DNA of 37,960 nucleotides, from IMG/VR virus record IMGVR_UViG_2588253749_000006; one strand, 5' to 3'. Position 1 is the stretch's first letter, and the number at the start of each line of letters is the position of its first letter. The notes under the pieces were generated by a model. The model saw nothing but the letters and a program-made list of their open reading frames with translations. It was not told where the DNA came from and searched no databases. Below, in pieces: positions 25,401 to 34,992 of this stretch. This DNA comes from a virus. Lineage: Duplodnaviria > Heunggongvirae > Uroviricota > Caudoviricetes. The position numbers and the translations under genes were made by a program.

Positions 25401-27866
25401 GTGGCCAGTGAATTTTCAGTCGGCGTCATTATTGGCGGCATTGTCGGGAGCAGCTTCCGCTCAGCCGTCAGTGGCACCCGACGCGCCCTTGATTCCCTTG
25501 GTGATACCTCCCGCCGTCTGCAGGAACGCCAGAATGCCTTAACCCGGGCAACAGAACGTTATGGTCAACTGGGTTCTTCCCGGATGCAGCATCTCAACAG
25601 CGAGTTGCTGCGGGTAAGCCGCACCATGGAGCAAATTGAACGTCAGCAGCGCCGTCTGTCAGCAGTATCAGCCACCGGTGATGCGTTGAAGGCTAACCGC
25701 CTGGCGCTCTATGGTCAGGGTGCAGAAACCTATGCTATTGGCAGAACGCTGGGCGCACCGGTCATGGCCTCGGTTAAACAATATGCCTCGTTTGAATCAC
25801 AGTTGCGGGATATCAGTGTCACAGGAGACCTGGATGCAAAACAGGAACGTGCAATTGGCCTGGCTATCAGACAGGCCTCGCTGAAGGTTAACCAACTGCA
25901 GGAGTCTCTGTTAGGGGGAGTCGGACAATTAGTTGCTGATGGTATGGCCCCCGAACGGGCAGCAACGTTTGCAGAGATGCTTGGAAAGACCGCTACAGCA
26001 ACCAAAGCCGATATGACCGACCTTGCCAAAATGACTTATGCCTTCAGCGATGCACTCAGAATCACTGATGCGAAAGAACTTGAACAGGCGTTTGGCATTG
26101 CGGCAACAGGAGCCAAACTTGGGTCATTTGAGCTGAAGGATATGGCAAAAGCATTACCCGGTATGGCGAAAGCCTTCGCTGCTCGTGGTATTTATGGAAA
26201 AGATGCGATTACCCAGATTGTTGCCAGTCTGGAGGTCGGTAAAGGTAGTGGCTCTGCAGAGGAAGCGGTCACCAATATGTCCAACTGGCTGGCAGCAATG
26301 GGCCGCGGAGATACCATCCAGAAATATGCTAAAGCCGGGGTGGATTACCAGGGGTCAATGCAGAATTACGTCGCTCAGGGTTTTTCGCAGTACGAAGCTT
26401 CACTGATGATTGCCAACCGTTTTATCGACAGTAAAGGCAAAGCGTTTTTGCAGCAATGGAAAGCTGCAGGAGCAAGAGGCGATCAGGAAGGTCAGCAGAA
26501 ACTCATGGAGTCATTTGGTCTGGCTGAGGTCTTTACCGATATTCAGACTGTCAACCATTTACTGTCAATGCGACAGGGCTGGGATAAATACCTTTCCAGT
26601 AAGCAGGAAATGAATGCTCCGGCTGCAATGTCTACCCTGGATAAGGATGCTGCAAAGCAGAATGATACGCTTGAAGGTCGCTGGCGCAGAATGCAGATCG
26701 GCTTTAATGATTCTGCTATCAGCATCGGGCAATCCTTGCGTCCGGCTTTGCTCCAGTTGGGTGAAACATTTATTCCTTTAATGGACAGCGTCGGCAAATG
26801 GATAGCGGCAAATCCGCAGCTCGTCAGCAGCACCATAAAGGTTGTGGGCGCATTACTCGCTTTCAGGATGGCCACTATCGGTCTCAAGTTTGGGCTGAAT
26901 CTCCTTATTTCCCCCTTTGTAAGCGTCTGGAAAAATGCTGTTTTACTTCGGGCCAACTGGCTTCGTCTGATGCTCGCACTGGGGGAAGGCGGTAAACTCC
27001 GCTGGCTGGTGACAGGCTTTGGTGCCGTCGCCAGAGGAACCAGAACACTGGGGGGGGTGCTCTCAGGGGGGCTGGTTCGCGGAATTATGAGCGCCGGGCG
27101 TGCCGTTCTCTGGATTGGCCGGGCGCTGCTGATGAATCCCATCGGTCTCGTTATCACCGCCGTCGCGGCAGCAGCTTACCTTATCTACCGCAACTGGGGC
27201 GCTGTCAGTAGCTGGTTTAAACAGCGCTGGGCTGACATTCAGGAAGCCTTTAACGGCGGCATCGCGGGAATTGGTAAACTGCTGGTTAACTGGTCTCCGG
27301 CAGGTCTGCTTTATAAAGCCTTTGCGGCTGCGCTGAAATATCTCGGCGTTGATTTGCCGGCGAAATTCACCGACTTCGGTGGTCATCTTATTGACGGGCT
27401 GATAAATGGCATCAGAAACAAATGGGCGTCACTGAAAACCAGCATAACCGGAATGGGTGACAGCATCAGTGACTGGTTCAGCGAAAAGCTGGGCATCCAT
27501 TCACCGAGTCGCGTGTTTATAGGCTTTGGTGACAATATCGCGCAGGGTGCCGCCATTGGCCTGCAACGGACCACTCCGCTTGCTGCACTGGCCGGGCAGC
27601 GCCTGGCCGCTGAAATGACACCGGATGTTCCCCGTATCCCGTCGCCGGAAATCATGGCTGCCGGATATTCAGGCCGTGGCGCAACTGCAACCGGCGGTGG
27701 AGCGTCTGGCGGTATCCAGGTCAGCTTTAATCCTCATTTTTTCCTCAATGGTAAGGAAACCGCAGCGCCTGCCGGGCTGGCTGGTGCCCTGAATATGAGC
27801 CTGCATGAGCTGGAAAAAATGCTGGAGCGTCTGCTGGCTCAGAAACAACGTAAGGAGTACAGCTGA
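25401..27866 (+). CDS. tail tape-measure protein
   Basis: 821 aa, GTG start with AGAGGA RBS, helical/Gly-rich, between the chaperone and N-like genes. Confidence 0.8.
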   Translation: MASEFSVGVIIGGIVGSSFRSAVSGTRRALDSLGDTSRRLQERQNALTRATERYGQLGSSRMQHLNSELLRVSRTMEQIERQQRRLSAVSATGDALKANRLALYGQGAETYAIGRTLGAPVMASVKQYASFESQLRDISVTGDLDAKQERAIGLAIRQASLKVNQLQESLLGGVGQLVADGMAPERAATFAEMLGKTATATKADMTDLAKMTYAFSDALRITDAKELEQAFGIAATGAKLGSFELKDMAKALPGMAKAFAARGIYGKDAITQIVASLEVGKGSGSAEEAVTNMSNWLAAMGRGDTIQKYAKAGVDYQGSMQNYVAQGFSQYEASLMIANRFIDSKGKAFLQQWKAAGARGDQEGQQKLMESFGLAEVFTDIQTVNHLLSMRQGWDKYLSSKQEMNAPAAMSTLDKDAAKQNDTLEGRWRRMQIGFNDSAISIGQSLRPALLQLGETFIPLMDSVGKWIAANPQLVSSTIKVVGALLAFRMATIGLKFGLNLLISPFVSVWKNAVLLRANWLRLMLALGEGGKLRWLVTGFGAVARGTRTLGGVLSGGLVRGIMSAGRAVLWIGRALLMNPIGLVITAVAAAAYLIYRNWGAVSSWFKQRWADIQEAFNGGIAGIGKLLVNWSPAGLLYKAFAAALKYLGVDLPAKFTDFGGHLIDGLINGIRNKWASLKTSITGMGDSISDWFSEKLGIHSPSRVFIGFGDNIAQGAAIGLQRTTPLAALAGQRLAAEMTPDVPRIPSPEIMAAGYSGRGATATGGGASGGIQVSFNPHFFLNGKETAAPAGLAGALNMSLHELEKMLERLLAQKQRKEYS

Positions 27867-28750
27867 TGTTTGCCGTACTGGGTGATATTGAGTTTGAACT
27901 GATTACCTACTGGGACGGCTTCGAGGCCACGTTTGGCGTCGATTATGCGGAGCATGCCCGCATCGAGGGTAAACCCGGCCTGCAGTTCGTCGGCGACAGG
28001 CTGGACGAAATCCAGATAAGCCTGGTCTTCCATCAGCATTATTGTGTGCCCGACGTGGAGCTGGCGAGAGTGCGAACAGCCATGAAGGCCCATCAGGCAC
28101 TGGCGCTGGTCTTCGGCAACGGTGACTATCGCGGCTGGTTCGTGATTACCGATGTGACCGCAACCAGCGAGCAGACAGACAGCACCGGTAACGTGCTGGC
28201 TGTCAGTGCCACCGTGTCTCTCCGGGAATACACCGGTGACCCGAAAAATCCTCTGCAACCGCCGGCAATACGCAGGCAGGTTCCCGGTGCCGGGGCCATA
28301 TCTGGTGCTGTTCCATCGCCTTCCGGGGTGGCGCAGTTCGTCCGTAACGGCGTCAACTATGCGAAACAGGCGCAGTCTGTACTCCAGACCACCATCAGTG
28401 CCGTTCGGGTGGCGCAGAAAATGAAGGGTAACCCCGTTGTCGCGCTGACCCGTGTGCCGGGACTGATGAGCGGACTGGGTAATATATCCGGCGCTCTGGG
28501 GAAAAGTATTCCGGCGTTTAATGTACTCTCTGAATCCATGCCCGATGCCATCAGTCTGGCCAGAACAGCCAGTGAGGCAGCCACGTATGTACAGCAGGCG
28601 CAGTCGGCGCTGAGTGGTGTGGACAAAAGAAATATTGCAGGTGCTCTGGATACCGTTTCCGGGCAGCTTAACGCCGCCGGCACAGCATTCAACCGCATGT
28701 CTCCGGGATTAAGTGCAATGGCCGCCAGAATACTGACGAGGAGTGTGTGA
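27866..28750 (+). CDS. DNA circularisation protein (Mu N-like)
   Basis: 294 aa after the tape measure; N-terminal MFAVLGDIEFELI ... resembles the Mu N family. Confidence 0.65.
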   Translation: MFAVLGDIEFELITYWDGFEATFGVDYAEHARIEGKPGLQFVGDRLDEIQISLVFHQHYCVPDVELARVRTAMKAHQALALVFGNGDYRGWFVITDVTATSEQTDSTGNVLAVSATVSLREYTGDPKNPLQPPAIRRQVPGAGAISGAVPSPSGVAQFVRNGVNYAKQAQSVLQTTISAVRVAQKMKGNPVVALTRVPGLMSGLGNISGALGKSIPAFNVLSESMPDAISLARTASEAATYVQQAQSALSGVDKRNIAGALDTVSGQLNAAGTAFNRMSPGLSAMAARILTRSV

Positions 28751-28962
28751 TGTTTCTTGAACATATTACCCGTGACGGAGAGCGCTGGGATTCGCTGGCA
28801 TGGCAGTACTACGGTGACCCGCTGGGCTATCCCCGGATTATTGCAGCCAATCCGCACGTGGCCATTACGCCAGTGCTGCCCTCCGGGTTGTTGTTACTGA
28901 TCCCGGTTATTGAGGCTGAAGATGCCCGTACAGAAGAGGATATTGCCCCATGGCTGAGATAA
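28747..28962 (+). CDS. tail protein X-like (small LysM-like)
   Basis: 71 aa; MFLEHITRDGERWDSLAWQYYGDP resembles P2 gpX. Confidence 0.55.
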   Translation: MMFLEHITRDGERWDSLAWQYYGDPLGYPRIIAANPHVAITPVLPSGLLLLIPVIEAEDARTEEDIAPWLR

Positions 28963-30104
28963 ACAGTACTGCGCAAGCCACATCAGCGTTAACCGGCGTC
29001 AGCGATGTGCTGACGCCGGTATTCACTCTGTGGTATTTGCAGAAAAACATCACCTCTGATATCGCGCCTTATGTCACCCGTGTGGTCTGGAGCGATAACA
29101 TCAAAAATGAGTCTGATACCATTGAGGTGGAGCTGGACGACACCGATGGCCGCTGGCTGGATAAGTGGTATCCGGGCAAGGGTGACACGCTGACGCTGAA
29201 AATGGGTTATCAGGGCGAGAAACTGCTGTCCTACGGTACATTCTCAATAGACGAGATCGAAGTGAGTTCGCCCGCGTCCGTTGTCGCTATCCGTGGGGTG
29301 GCCACCTCGGTTAACAGTGCTCTGCGGACTAAATCCAGCCGTGGTTTTGAGAACACCACGCTGGCAGCTGTTGCGGGTCGGATTGCCAGAAAGCACCGGC
29401 TGAAACTGGTGGGCAGCATTGAGTCCATCAGAATCGACCGGGTGACCCAGTATGCTGAAACCGACGTGGGTTTTCTGCGCCGGCTGGCCAGCGAGTATGG
29501 TTATGCAGTGAAAGTGGTCAGTGACCAGTTGATTTTTTCTCATCTGGCCACATTGCGCAGTCAGGAGCCGGTCAGGCAGTTAAAACCGCAGGATGTGGCC
29601 CACTTTTCCCTGCGTGACACCATCAACCGGGTCTATAAATCTGCAAAGGTAAAACACCAGAAAAGCAGCAGTAAAAAACTGATCGTCTACGAAGCTGATG
29701 GTGGTACCCGTGAAAGCGACAAAAAGCTCAAAGGCGGTAAGGTTACCAGCGCTGACTCACTTAAAGTTAACAGCCGCGTCAGCGACCCGGACAGTGCCCG
29801 GATTAAAGCGGATTCAGCACTGGCCAGACATAACGAATACCAGCAGAACGGCTCCCTGACGCTGACGGGAACGCCTCAACTGACAGCAGGCAACAAAATT
29901 GAACTGGTGGGCTTTGGACAATTATCCGGTCCATGGCTGATAATCACTGCCCGCCATGCGTTTGAGCGTAACAGCGGCTACACCACAGAGCTGGAAGTGG
30001 CACGGGGGCCAGTCACAAGAGGGAAAAAACAAAAAACTCAGAAACTCACGGTTTATCACCCGGATGGCAGTACATCGACGGTGATTAAGGAGAAGAAAAA
30101 ATGA
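28950..30104 (+). CDS. baseplate hub/tail protein (Mu P / P2 gpD-like)
   Basis: 384 aa; position between X-like and V-like genes. Confidence 0.65.
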   Translation: MAEINSTAQATSALTGVSDVLTPVFTLWYLQKNITSDIAPYVTRVVWSDNIKNESDTIEVELDDTDGRWLDKWYPGKGDTLTLKMGYQGEKLLSYGTFSIDEIEVSSPASVVAIRGVATSVNSALRTKSSRGFENTTLAAVAGRIARKHRLKLVGSIESIRIDRVTQYAETDVGFLRRLASEYGYAVKVVSDQLIFSHLATLRSQEPVRQLKPQDVAHFSLRDTINRVYKSAKVKHQKSSSKKLIVYEADGGTRESDKKLKGGKVTSADSLKVNSRVSDPDSARIKADSALARHNEYQQNGSLTLTGTPQLTAGNKIELVGFGQLSGPWLIITARHAFERNSGYTTELEVARGPVTRGKKQKTQKLTVYHPDGSTSTVIKEKKK

Positions 30105-30613
30105 CTGGTGTCACCCGCCAGGTCGGTACGGTCAGTGCCGTTGATGCCGACAGGGTTCAGGCCCGCGTTCGTCTGCCTGAATGCGATAATCTGCGCACAA
30201 ACTGGCTTAACGTGCTGCAGCGCAATACCCAGGATAACAAGGATTACTGGCTCCCTGACGTGGGGGAGCAGGTTGAGGTGCTGCTCGATGCCAACGGCGA
30301 GGATGGTGTTATTCTGGGCGCGGTGTACTCAGACGTCGATAAACCGCCGTTCGGTGATAAAAACGTCCGGGGCACGAAGTACGCTGATGGCGCGGAGTTC
30401 AGTTATGACCGCGCGACCCATACGCTGACGGTCAAAGGAGGTATCGAGCATGTGGTGATCGAGGTTGCAGTGGGTATTAGTCTGAAAGGGAAAACCATTG
30501 ATTTGACAGCTGACACTATCATGGTGAACGGCAATCTTGAAATCAAAGGGAGTACCCATGCGACTGGTAACATATTTGCAGATGGACAGAATTCCAATCA
30601 TCACTCTCACTAA
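30101..30613 (+). CDS. baseplate spike/assembly protein V-like (Mu gp45-like)
   Basis: 170 aa; N-terminal GTVSAVDADRVQARVRLPE ... typical of gpV. Confidence 0.7.
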   Translation: MTGVTRQVGTVSAVDADRVQARVRLPECDNLRTNWLNVLQRNTQDNKDYWLPDVGEQVEVLLDANGEDGVILGAVYSDVDKPPFGDKNVRGTKYADGAEFSYDRATHTLTVKGGIEHVVIEVAVGISLKGKTIDLTADTIMVNGNLEIKGSTHATGNIFADGQNSNHHSH

Positions 30614-30694
30614 TTTTTCAAGTATGTGACTCCATTTCCTCTCCCGCGGATATGATAGAATTTTTTAATTAACACTAATTTGGCGGGGACTTAA

Positions 30695-31411
30695 ATGCGG
30701 TTATCAAGATCCTTATGTAAAGTAGTTGGCGATGTCATTGCTAACTCAGGCTCTCATGCAGCTTTAGATACGTTATTTCTTACTTCGGGAGCACCAGGAA
30801 ACCCTCCGGCAGGATCTCATAGTACAAAATGGAAAGACTGGTTATTTCTTGCAGGGCAAGATCCAGATACAGATAGTCTGGCAGTTCTGGGCGGAGTAAT
30901 TGAGGAGTTTATGGATTTACCTCCAAAAGAAGGTACTCCCGAATATGCAGAATGGAAGGAAAAACGAGACAGAATTGAAGCTGTGTTACAAGAGAATGGA
31001 CTTAGATATTATCGTTTTGGTCGAGTGTTGCCTGAAGGCCACATCCCGTCACACAATATGGATTACCCAGAGACCATAATTACTTATCAACAGCCAGTAA
31101 TGCCAGAAAAAGTTGAGAACTTACTGGAAAGGCTGGTCAAAGGCTTACAGCGAGCAATGCATCCACTTACTCATAGGCGAAAAGGAAGCCAGTCATTATC
31201 TTTTAGCAATGAATATGACGTGCAAGACCTTCTCCATGCATTGCTCAGACCATGGGTTCAGGACATCCGCCCAGAAGAGTTTACTCCAAGTTACGCTGGT
31301 TCAAGTACTCGAATGGATTTTTTGTTACCTGCGCATAAATTAGTACTGGAAACCAAAATTGTTCGTGATCGTTCTCATGCAAAGAAAATCGGCGATGAAC
31401 TTATTATCGAT
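30695..31411 (+). pseudogene. 5' part of an AT-rich cargo gene interrupted by IS2; C-terminal region resembles a PD-(D/E)xK nuclease core
   Basis: The track ORF's stop is the first three bases (TAG) of the IS2 left end; reading frame resumes at 32748; candidate catalytic D in RMDFLL and ExK in LVLETK. Confidence 0.6.
31407..31411. repeat. IS2 target-site duplication, left copy (TCGAT)
   Basis: Identical 5-mer abuts both IS2 ends. Confidence 0.85.
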
Positions 31412-31502
31412 TAGACTGGCCCCCTGAATCTCCAGACAACCAGTATCACTTAAATAAGTGATAGTCTTAATACTAGTTTTTAGACTAGTCATTGGAGAAC
31501 AG

Positions 31503-31868
31503 ATGATTGATGTCTTAGGGCCGGAGAAACGCAGACGGCGTACCACACAGGAAAAGATCGCAATTGTTCAGCAGAGCTTTGAACCGGGGATGACGGTCTC
31601 CCTCGTTGCCCGGCAACATGGTGTAGCAGCCAGCCAGTTATTTCTCTGGCGTAAGCAATACCAGGAAGGAAGTCTTACTGCTGTCGCCGCCGGAGAACAG
31701 GTTGTTCCTGCCTCTGAACTTGCTGCCGCCATGAAGCAGATTAAAGAACTCCAGCGCCTGCTCGGCAAGAAAACGATGGAAAATGAACTCCTCAAAGAAG
31801 CCGTTGAATATGGACGGGCAAAAAAGTGGATAGCGCACGCGCCCTTATTGCCCGGGGATGGGGAGTAA
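31503..31868 (+). CDS. insC: IS2 OrfA (InsC)
   Basis: 121 aa starting [24 protein letters not shown], recognised as IS2 InsC. Confidence 0.9.
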
Positions 31869-32731
31869 GCTTAGTCAGCCGTTGTCTCCGGGTGTCGCGT
31901 GCGCAGTTGCACGTCATTCTCAGACGAACCGATGACTGGATGGATGGCCGCCGCAGTCGTCACACTGATGATACGGATGTGCTTCTCCGTATACACCATG
32001 TTATCGGAGAGCTGCCCACGTATGGTTATCGTCGGGTATGGGCGCTGCTTCGCAGACAGGCAGAACTTGATGGTATGCCTGCGATCAATGCCAAACGTGT
32101 TTACCGGATCATGCGCCAGAATGCGCTGTTGCTTGAGCGAAAACCTGCTGTACCGCCATCGAAACGGGCACATACAGGCAGAGTGGCCGTGAAAGAAAGC
32201 AATCAGCGATGGTGCTCTGACGGGTTCGAGTTCTGCTGTGATAACGGAGAGAGACTGCGTGTCACGTTCGCGCTGGACTGCTGTGATCGTGAGGCACTGC
32301 ACTGGGCGGTGACTACCGGCGGCTTCAACAGTGAAACAGTACAGGACGTCATGCTGGGAGCGGTGGAACGCCGCTTCGGCAACGATCTTCCGTCGTCTCC
32401 AGTGGAGTGGCTGACGGATAATGGTTCATGCTACCGGGCTAATGAAACACGCCAGTTCGCCCGGATGTTGGGACTTGAACCGAAGAACACGGCGGTGCGG
32501 AGTCCGGAGAGTAACGGAATAGCAGAGAGCTTCGTGAAAACGATAAAGCGTGACTACATCAGTATCATGCCCAAACCAGACGGGTTAACGGCAGCAAAGA
32601 ACCTTGCAGAGGCGTTCGAGCATTATAACGAATGGCATCCGCATAGTGCGCTGGGTTATCGCTCGCCACGGGAATATCTGCGGCAGCGGGCTTGTAATGG
32701 GTTAAGTGATAACAGATGTCTGGAAATATAG
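31826..32731 (+). CDS. insD: IS2 OrfB (InsD) transposase catalytic part
   Basis: 301 aa recognised as IS2 InsD; overlaps InsC in the -1 frame at the A6G site. Confidence 0.9.
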
Positions 32732-32742
32732 GGGCAAATCCA

Positions 32743-32747
32743 TCGAT
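32743..32747. repeat. IS2 target-site duplication, right copy (TCGAT)
   Basis: Identical to 31407..31411. Confidence 0.85.
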
Positions 32748-32906
32748 ATAGAGCATTATCGTCGGCACTCTGATTGCAAAAATCTCTGGTGTGTCATCTA
32801 CGATCCGAACCAGCTTATTACTAATTCTGAGGGGCTGAAATCTGATCTTGAGGGGAAGAGAGTTTCTAAAGACGGAGAACTTATCGTCAAGGTTTTCGTA
32901 ATTTAA
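32748..32906 (+). pseudogene. 3' part of the IS2-interrupted cargo gene
   Basis: In frame with 30695..31411 once IS2 and one TCGAT copy are removed (about 291 aa reconstructed). Confidence 0.55.
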
Positions 32907-32929
32907 CAAACGTATCAATAACTCCTTTT

Positions 32930-32952
32930 TAAATCCCTTTAATATCGTTCTT
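32930..32952 (+). promoter_or_regulatory. candidate late-promoter activator site upstream of the baseplate operon
   Basis: CCTTTAATATCGT about 30-45 bp upstream of the gpW-like start; the same motif recurs near 11457 and 24826. Confidence 0.35.
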
Positions 32953-32977
32953 TTCTTACTGGGGCAATACTGCCCCC

Positions 32978-33325
32978 ATGAAAACGACCTCAGTATTCTG
33001 GCAACCGGCTCTGCAGGCTCCCGGCGAAATCGTCCGGGGGCTGGATGATATCCAGCAGTCCATCCAGATCATCCTGCGGACTCCCCGCGGCAGCGACCCG
33101 CATCGCCCAGAGTTCGGCAGCAATCTGCACCTTTATATCGACTGGCCTGTCGACCGGGCCATTCCGCATGTGGTTCGCGAATCCGTCGATGCCATCAGGC
33201 GCTGGGAACCCCGCTGCCAGCTTATGTCGGTTAAACCCGCCGTCGACGGCGAACATCTTACGCTCCGGGTGAGCTGGAAAGGCTCAGACGGACAACCCCG
33301 TACTCAGGAACTGCTATGGCGCTGA
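32978..33325 (+). CDS. baseplate wedge protein (GPW/gp25-like)
   Basis: 115 aa; GLDDIQQSIQIILRTPRGSDPHRPEFGSNLHLYID resembles the GPW/gp25 family. Confidence 0.7.
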   Translation: MKTTSVFWQPALQAPGEIVRGLDDIQQSIQIILRTPRGSDPHRPEFGSNLHLYIDWPVDRAIPHVVRESVDAIRRWEPRCQLMSVKPAVDGEHLTLRVSWKGSDGQPRTQELLWR

Positions 33326-34419
33326 CAGAACCCGATTTTATTGAACTCGATGCCGATAAAATCACGGCAGAAATGATTGCGAAATATGAAGCGGATACCG
33401 GCAAAACGTTGTACCCGGCACAGGCAGAACGTCTGCTGATAGATCTGTGGGCCTATCGCGAAATGCTGGTCAGGGTGGCGGTACAGGAGGCGGCGAAGCT
33501 GAATCTGGTCGCCTTTTCCCGGGAGCCGATGATTGATTACCTCGGAGAACTGGTTGGTGTATACCGCCTTCCCGCGCAGCCTGCCACCACCACACTTCAG
33601 TTCTCTGTGGATGAGGCACTGGCCATTGATGTGCTGATCCCGGCAGGCACCCGCGTCAGCGCTTCCGACAGCGTGATTTTTGCCACCGATACAGATGTAG
33701 TGCTGAAGGCCGGTTTGCAACTGGTCAATGCCCCTGCCACCTGTACTGAGCCGGGTACCTCTGGCAACGGCTGGCAACCGGCTCAGGTCAGTCAGCTGCT
33801 TGATGAGATTGATAACGTTGACCTGCTGGTGACCAATCTGACGGCCAGCACTGGCGGTTCAGAGCAGGAAGACAATGACCGACTCCGGGAGCGTATCAGG
33901 CTGGCCCCGGAGTCATTCACCAATGCCGGAAGCCGTGGTGCATACCGTTTTCATGCCATGGGGGCGCATCCCAGTATTGTCGACGTCGCTGTTCTTTCTC
34001 CCGTTCCCGGTACTGTCGAGCTGTATCCACTGCTCAGCACTGGTCTGCCAGACAGCAGTATCCTCACTCTGGTAGAGAGTTTCTGTTCTGACGAAAAAGT
34101 CAGACCACTCACTGATACCGTGCGGGCTAAAACACCTGTTCAGGTGGATTACACCATTGAAGCCAGGATTACGATCTATCGTGATCAGGATGCAATGTCG
34201 GTAAAGGACAACGCTAACAGCGCCATACAGAACTGGGTGGCATCACGTGCCGCCACGCTGGGACGCGATATTGTCCCCAGCCAGATTATCAGTGCATTGT
34301 CCGTTTCCGGGGGGTACCAGGTTGAACTGGTGACACCGGCACTGCGGGTGGTTGCAGAAAACGAATGGGCAAACTGTACGGCAATCACTCTTAACGTGAC
34401 AGGGGTGTCCGATGGCTGA
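33316..34419 (+). CDS. baseplate J-like protein
   Basis: 367 aa following the W-like gene. Confidence 0.75.
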   Translation: MALTEPDFIELDADKITAEMIAKYEADTGKTLYPAQAERLLIDLWAYREMLVRVAVQEAAKLNLVAFSREPMIDYLGELVGVYRLPAQPATTTLQFSVDEALAIDVLIPAGTRVSASDSVIFATDTDVVLKAGLQLVNAPATCTEPGTSGNGWQPAQVSQLLDEIDNVDLLVTNLTASTGGSEQEDNDRLRERIRLAPESFTNAGSRGAYRFHAMGAHPSIVDVAVLSPVPGTVELYPLLSTGLPDSSILTLVESFCSDEKVRPLTDTVRAKTPVQVDYTIEARITIYRDQDAMSVKDNANSAIQNWVASRAATLGRDIVPSQIISALSVSGGYQVELVTPALRVVAENEWANCTAITLNVTGVSDG

Positions 34420-34990
34420 GGCGCTACGACTACCGCCACCGCTTGAGGGTGATATCAGTCTCAAAACGCTGGGAAGACTGGCCGAACGGCTGGATAACAT
34501 CGACCTGAGCGTACTGATGGTCTGTCTCGTCGATATCGTCGACAGTTCCGCGCTGCCATGGCTGGGCGAGCAGTTCTCGTTGTTCGGCGATGGCTGGGAA
34601 CTGGCGGAATCGGACGATGTACGCCGCATGCTTATCAAATCCGCTATCGAGCTACACCGCTATAAAGGAACGCCGTGGTCAATCCGGGAAATTATCCGCC
34701 GTTTTGGCTTTGGCGAAGTAGAGCTGATAGAAGGTACGGGGCAGATCGGCTACGACGGTAAACACAGTTACAACGGACTTTTCGTCCATGGCGATGCACA
34801 AGCCTGGGCAGTCTATCGGGTCATCCTTCAACAGCCCATCACTAATGATCAGGCAGCGCTGTTACGTCAGACGCTCGCTGCCTTTGCTCCGGCTCGCTGC
34901 CATCTGGCAAGCCTGGAATATCAGTCTGTCGCCATTCGATACAACAGTACTACCCGTTATGACGGTAGTTACAACCACGGGAGCAGTTAA
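34412..34990 (+). CDS. tail protein (P2 gpI / Mu gp48-like)
   Basis: 192 aa between the J-like and fibre genes. Confidence 0.6.
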   Translation: MAEALRLPPPLEGDISLKTLGRLAERLDNIDLSVLMVCLVDIVDSSALPWLGEQFSLFGDGWELAESDDVRRMLIKSAIELHRYKGTPWSIREIIRRFGFGEVELIEGTGQIGYDGKHSYNGLFVHGDAQAWAVYRVILQQPITNDQAALLRQTLAAFAPARCHLASLEYQSVAIRYNSTTRYDGSYNHGSS

Positions 34991-34992
34991 TT

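Larger units (their letters stand above)
31412..32742 (+). mobile_element. IS2 (IS3 family), complete 1331-bp copy
   Basis: Left end TAGACTGGCCCCCTGAATCTCC, right end GGGGCAAATCCA; InsC and InsD reading frames with the A6G slippery site; flanked by 5-bp direct repeats. Confidence 0.95.

Noticed and set aside
26543-27157. 204-aa minus-strand ORF
   Set aside because: Antisense to the tape-measure gene.
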